DNA from: an uncultured Marinoscillum sp.
GTDB lineage: Bacteria > Bacteroidota > Bacteroidia > Cytophagales > MED-G16
Length of the DNA: 64,000 bases
Direction: 5' to 3'
Assembly (NCBI GenBank): GCA_902628365.1
Contig: CACOMW010000003.1
Location: 697-64,696, forward strand
Part shown: in pieces, positions 60,383 through 64,000 of the stretch
How the letters are laid out: each line of letters opens with the position of its first letter
Numbering within the stretch: position 1 is the first letter of the stretch
Program-made: the position numbers and the translations under genes
The notes under the pieces: model-generated
Database searches by the model: none
Told to the model about the DNA's origin: nothing
What the model saw: the letters and a program-made list of their open reading frames with translations, nothing else

Positions 60383-61122
60383 AAGATAGAGATTTTAAAA
60401 TTTATAGAGGTGACAACGAAAGAGGAGAATTAGTAAATTATAAATGTAAGGTTACTGAAGGAATGGTGGTTCTTGATGTTATACATAGAATACAAGCTGA
60501 TCAAGCAAACGACTTAGCATGTAGATGGAATTGTAAAGCTGGAAAATGTGGATCTTGTAGTATTGAAATTAATGGAAAGCCCAGACTTGCATGCATGACA
60601 AGAATGAATGAATTTGATGATACTGAAAAAATAGTAATCACGCCTTTAAAATCTTTTCCTGTTCTGAAGGATATTGTAACTGATGTATCTTGGAATTATG
60701 AACAAAATAAAAAAATCATTCCATTTTCTCCCTCTAAAAAAGATAAAGAAAAAGATTTTGTTATGATGCAAAAAGATGTAGATAGAGTCCAGCATTTTAG
60801 AAAATGTATAGAATGTTATTTATGCCAAAATATGTGTCACGTTGTAAGAGACAATGATGGAAAAAAGAATTTTTCTGGACCAAGATTCATGACTCGACTT
60901 GCTAGTTTAGAAATGCATCCAATGGATAAAGCAGATAGAATCGGTGATATTAGAGATGTTCATGGATCTGGAATGTGTAATATAACAAGATGTTGCACCG
61001 AAGTTTGTCCAGAAGAAATTCAAATTACTGATGATGCAATTATACCTTTGAAAGAAAGAGTGATTGATAGATTTTATGACCCTGTAATGATTTTTTTCAG
61101 GAAAATTTTTGGAAAAAATTAG
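60379..61122 (+). CDS. sdhB: Succinate dehydrogenase / fumarate reductase Fe-S subunit (Rv0247c-like)
   Basis: RWNCKAGKCGSC..C [2Fe-2S]; CIECYLCQNMC; CNITRCCTEVCP; ATGA overlap with sdhA. Confidence 0.92.
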   Translation: MKDRDFKIYRGDNERGELVNYKCKVTEGMVVLDVIHRIQADQANDLACRWNCKAGKCGSCSIEINGKPRLACMTRMNEFDDTEKIVITPLKSFPVLKDIVTDVSWNYEQNKKIIPFSPSKKDKEKDFVMMQKDVDRVQHFRKCIECYLCQNMCHVVRDNDGKKNFSGPRFMTRLASLEMHPMDKADRIGDIRDVHGSGMCNITRCCTEVCPEEIQITDDAIIPLKERVIDRFYDPVMIFFRKIFGKN

Positions 61123-61134
61123 TTAAATTAATTT

Positions 61135-62454
61135 CTAATTTAACTTCATTTTTTCTAAAGAAATTCCTTTAGTTTCTGGCATAAGTTTAAAAACAAATAC
61201 AAGTTGAAAAACCATCATTATACCGAAGAAATAAAATATTACCCCAGGATTATTCCCTAATTTATTTATGATATACGGTGTGACTGCAGTTATGAATGCT
61301 GCAAAAACCCAATGAGTTGCTGTTCCAAAAGATTGTCCTTTAGCTCTATATTTATTAGGAAAAATTTCTGAAATAAATACCCAAATTACTGTTCCTTGCC
61401 CTATCGCATGTGAAGCTACAAAAATAAGAATAAATGATAACAATAATGATGAATTTAAATTATACAAAAAACAAACTCCAATTAAAAACAAACTAAAAAT
61501 ATATCCAATTGATCCAATGTACATTAAAAATTTTCTACCATAGTTATCTATCAGTCTTAATCCAATCATAGTAAAAATAAGGTTTATCAAACCTATCGAC
61601 ACAGAACTATATAAAGAATCAGAAGTAGCTAAACCGGCGGCTTCTAAAATTTCAGGCGCATAATAAAGGACAAAATTTATCCCTGAAAGTTGATTAAAAA
61701 AAGCAATTAAAAAAGCTAATAAAAGAGGAAATTTATAATTTTTAAAAAAATTATTTTCTTTTGATTTACTTGATATTGATTTTTCTATTTCAATTATTTT
61801 TTTATCAACTAAATTAGATTGATATATTTTTGATAAAATATTTTTCGCTCTTTTTTTATCTTTTTTAAAAAGAATTAGCCATCTGGGACTATTGGGTATG
61901 TAAAAAACAAATATTATATAAATAAAAGCAGGAATAGCTTCTACTCCCAGCATTAACCTCCAATCTACTTTTCCTCCAACTCCTTGCAATAAATAATTTG
62001 AGAAGTATGCAATTAGAATTCCAAAAACTATATTAAACTGATATAGGGCCACCAGCTTACCTCTGTTCTCTTTATTAGAAATTTCAGATATATAAGTAGG
62101 GGATGCTACTGTTGATGCTCCTACTCCTATTCCTCCTATAAATCTAAAAAATGAAAATGAATAGGGATCTTGTGCTAAAGCTGACCCAACAGCAGAGGTA
62201 AAAAACAAAATACCTATCCAAATCAAAGTATTTTTTCTTCCTATTTTATCACAAGGTATAGAACCAAATATTGAACCAATAACTGTTCCCCATAATGCCA
62301 TTGACATAATGAATACACCATGAAAAATAGGTGAAGTATTCCAAAGCTCCTTTATAGGCAAATTTGCTCCAGAAATTACAACTGTATCAAATCCGAACAA
62401 AAACCCTGCCAAAGCAACTGAAAAACTCCATAGATATCTTTTTTTGTTGATCAT
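61135..62454 (-). CDS. Sugar porter family MFS transporter (XylE-like)
   Basis: GFLFGFDT.VISGA, DKIGRK, YISEIS, RG.LV.LYQ, P.SPRWL, NQLSGIN, PETKG. Confidence 0.94.
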   Translation of the reverse strand: MINKKRYLWSFSVALAGFLFGFDTVVISGANLPIKELWNTSPIFHGVFIMSMALWGTVIGSIFGSIPCDKIGRKNTLIWIGILFFTSAVGSALAQDPYSFSFFRFIGGIGVGASTVASPTYISEISNKENRGKLVALYQFNIVFGILIAYFSNYLLQGVGGKVDWRLMLGVEAIPAFIYIIFVFYIPNSPRWLILFKKDKKRAKNILSKIYQSNLVDKKIIEIEKSISSKSKENNFFKNYKFPLLLAFLIAFFNQLSGINFVLYYAPEILEAAGLATSDSLYSSVSIGLINLIFTMIGLRLIDNYGRKFLMYIGSIGYIFSLFLIGVCFLYNLNSSLLLSFILIFVASHAIGQGTVIWVFISEIFPNKYRAKGQSFGTATHWVFAAFITAVTPYIINKLGNNPGVIFYFFGIMMVFQLVFVFKLMPETKGISLEKMKLN

Positions 62455-62514
62455 ATAATTATGAATAATTTTACTAAAGTAAATATTTTAAAATTAATTT
62501 ATAAAAATAAAATT

Positions 62515-63408
62515 ATGTTATGGGGAATAGACCTTGGAGGAACTAAAATTGAAGGCATAGTATTAAAATCATATGATGATCCAAAAGAAGTTTCTAGAAT
62601 AAGAATTAATACTGAAGCTCAAAAAGGTTATAATCATGTTTTAAATAGAATTAAAGAATTAGTTTTAAAACTAAAAAAAGATTCTGGAGATGAACCAAAA
62701 AAAATTGGAATAGGAACTCCAGGTACAATTGATCCAAAAACCAAATTACTTAAAAATTCAAATTCAACTAATCTAAATAATAAACCCATAAAAATAGATC
62801 TTGAAAAGATTTTAAATCTAAAAATAAAAATAGAAAATGATGCAAATTGTTTTGCGTTAGCAGAAACCCATTTTGGATCTGTAAAAGAAATAATCAAAAA
62901 TCCTAAAGTAGTTTTTGGTATTATTATGGGTACAGGAGTTGGAGGAGGTATAGTAGTCGATGGAAAAAGTATTTTTGGTCATCAAGGGATTGGAGGAGAA
63001 TGGGGACATACTATAATTGAACAAAACGGTGAAAAATGTTATTGTGGAAAAACTGGATGTGTAGAAACAGTAATTTCAGGACCTGCATTAGAAAAATATT
63101 ATAGCATATTATCAAATAAAAAACTATCATTAGAAAAAATATACTCTTTGTATAAAAAAAATGATACTCATGCAACTAAAACAATAAATAGAATGTTATT
63201 TAATTTTGGTAAAGGCATTTCTAACGTAATAAATATAATTGATCCAGATATAATTGTAATTGGTGGTGGATTAAGTCATATAAATGAAATATATAATCCC
63301 GATTTAAATTTTGTTAAAAATTTTGTTTTTAACCCAACATTTAAAACCAAAATCATCAAACCTAAACTTGGAGATAGTGCTGGAGTTTATGGAGCAGCAT
63401 TTTTATAA
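62515..63408 (+). CDS. ROK-family sugar kinase (Mak/fructokinase-like)
   Basis: GIDLGGTKIE, ENDANC, GTGVGGG, GEWGH, CYCGKTGCVE; no HTH; ATG 62515 preferred. Confidence 0.92.
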   Translation: MLWGIDLGGTKIEGIVLKSYDDPKEVSRIRINTEAQKGYNHVLNRIKELVLKLKKDSGDEPKKIGIGTPGTIDPKTKLLKNSNSTNLNNKPIKIDLEKILNLKIKIENDANCFALAETHFGSVKEIIKNPKVVFGIIMGTGVGGGIVVDGKSIFGHQGIGGEWGHTIIEQNGEKCYCGKTGCVETVISGPALEKYYSILSNKKLSLEKIYSLYKKNDTHATKTINRMLFNFGKGISNVINIIDPDIIVIGGGLSHINEIYNPDLNFVKNFVFNPTFKTKIIKPKLGDSAGVYGAAFL

Positions 63409-63999
63409 TCCATATCTAGATTTAGTTGCATTGAAATTATCTTCAATTTCAGATTGTGAAAGTGTGGAAGAATAAAAATAAACAGCTCCTAAATTTCCTT
63501 CAAATCCACTATTATTATTTCTATAATCCCATCCGATTACTAAATCATTGTAATTAAATGTTTTTGAATCTTGACCTGTTCTTGTAACATCTAAAGAGTT
63601 ATTTATATAATATTTATATGTGCCTGAATTTCTAACTACGGTAATAAATTTCCATGAATTATCATTAACTGTATTTGTGGAATTATTTGCTCCATAAATA
63701 CCAATTTTTGAACTAGTTAGCCATAAAATTAATTGTTTTCCATAAGAACTTGGAGATCTAGCCACGCTAAAGAGTCTTCCGGAAGTTTGAGACGTTTTTA
63801 TCCACATTGATACTGTAAATGCATTGCCAGAAAAATTAGTAAATGTAGACCTTCGGTAAGCAGCGTTATCATTAAAAGTTATACTTCCTCCATTATTCGA
63901 TGAAAATGAAGGACTACTATTTAAAGTATATGAATTTCGAGTAAAGCCTGTAACTAAAACTACATCATTATTTGAAGTACTAAGGTCACTCCAAGTTGA
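63403..63999 (-). CDS. LamG/ConA-like jelly-roll domain protein, 5' part beyond the window
   Basis: Frame is open to the window edge: STWSDLS..PSFSSNNGGSITFN..FTVSMWIK..W.FITVV..YYIN..F.G.LG.V.FY...LS..EI..NFNATKSRYGL. Confidence 0.8.
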   Translation of the reverse strand, partial: STWSDLSTSNNDVVLVTGFTRNSYTLNSSPSFSSNNGGSITFNDNAAYRRSTFTNFSGNAFTVSMWIKTSQTSGRLFSVARSPSSYGKQLILWLTSSKIGIYGANNSTNTVNDNSWKFITVVRNSGTYKYYINNSLDVTRTGQDSKTFNYNDLVIGWDYRNNNSGFEGNLGAVYFYSSTLSQSEIEDNFNATKSRYGL

Positions 64000-64000
64000 T

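Noticed and set aside
77-62897. Short track ORFs antisense to or nested within real genes (e.g. 77-418, 1460-1723, 17314-17733, 30626-30961, 45363-45698, 52068-52310)
   Set aside because: They are shadows of well-supported CDSs, with no recognisable motifs.
1-64000. Alternative genetic code, selenoproteins or programmed frameshifts
   Set aside because: All conserved genes translate full-length under the standard bacterial code, and the redox motifs use ordinary Cys.

Overview
A very AT-rich, gene-dense chromosomal stretch of a Bacteroidota genome. It is probably a streamlined marine Cytophagales-type lineage; this is inferred from TAnnTTTG promoters, T9SS C-terminal domains and gene families. 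Most of the window is housekeeping or metabolic: xylA/xylB, pyrE, kdsB, sppA, guaA, murB, purL, tRNA-Gln, prs, rplY, pth, metG, fabD and sugar transporters. I saw no CRISPR, IS, integrase or rRNA. Most notable observations: (1) A 2445-aa T9SS type-B adhesin has two circularly permuted C-type-lectin domains and a third unknown domain inserted into loops of its Calx-beta stalk. (2) That adhesin sits inside a TetR-TolC-MFP-RND efflux locus, start/stop-coupled to the TetR gene, with the same inverted-repeat operator before both tetR and tolC. (3) A Mycobacterium-Sdh1-type three-gene succinate dehydrogenase is present. (4) A DCC1-family gene carries an in-frame central deletion. (5) There is a possible copper/thiol maturation neighbourhood around an FGE, and several likely leaderless transcripts. 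All family calls come from motif recognition, not database searches.
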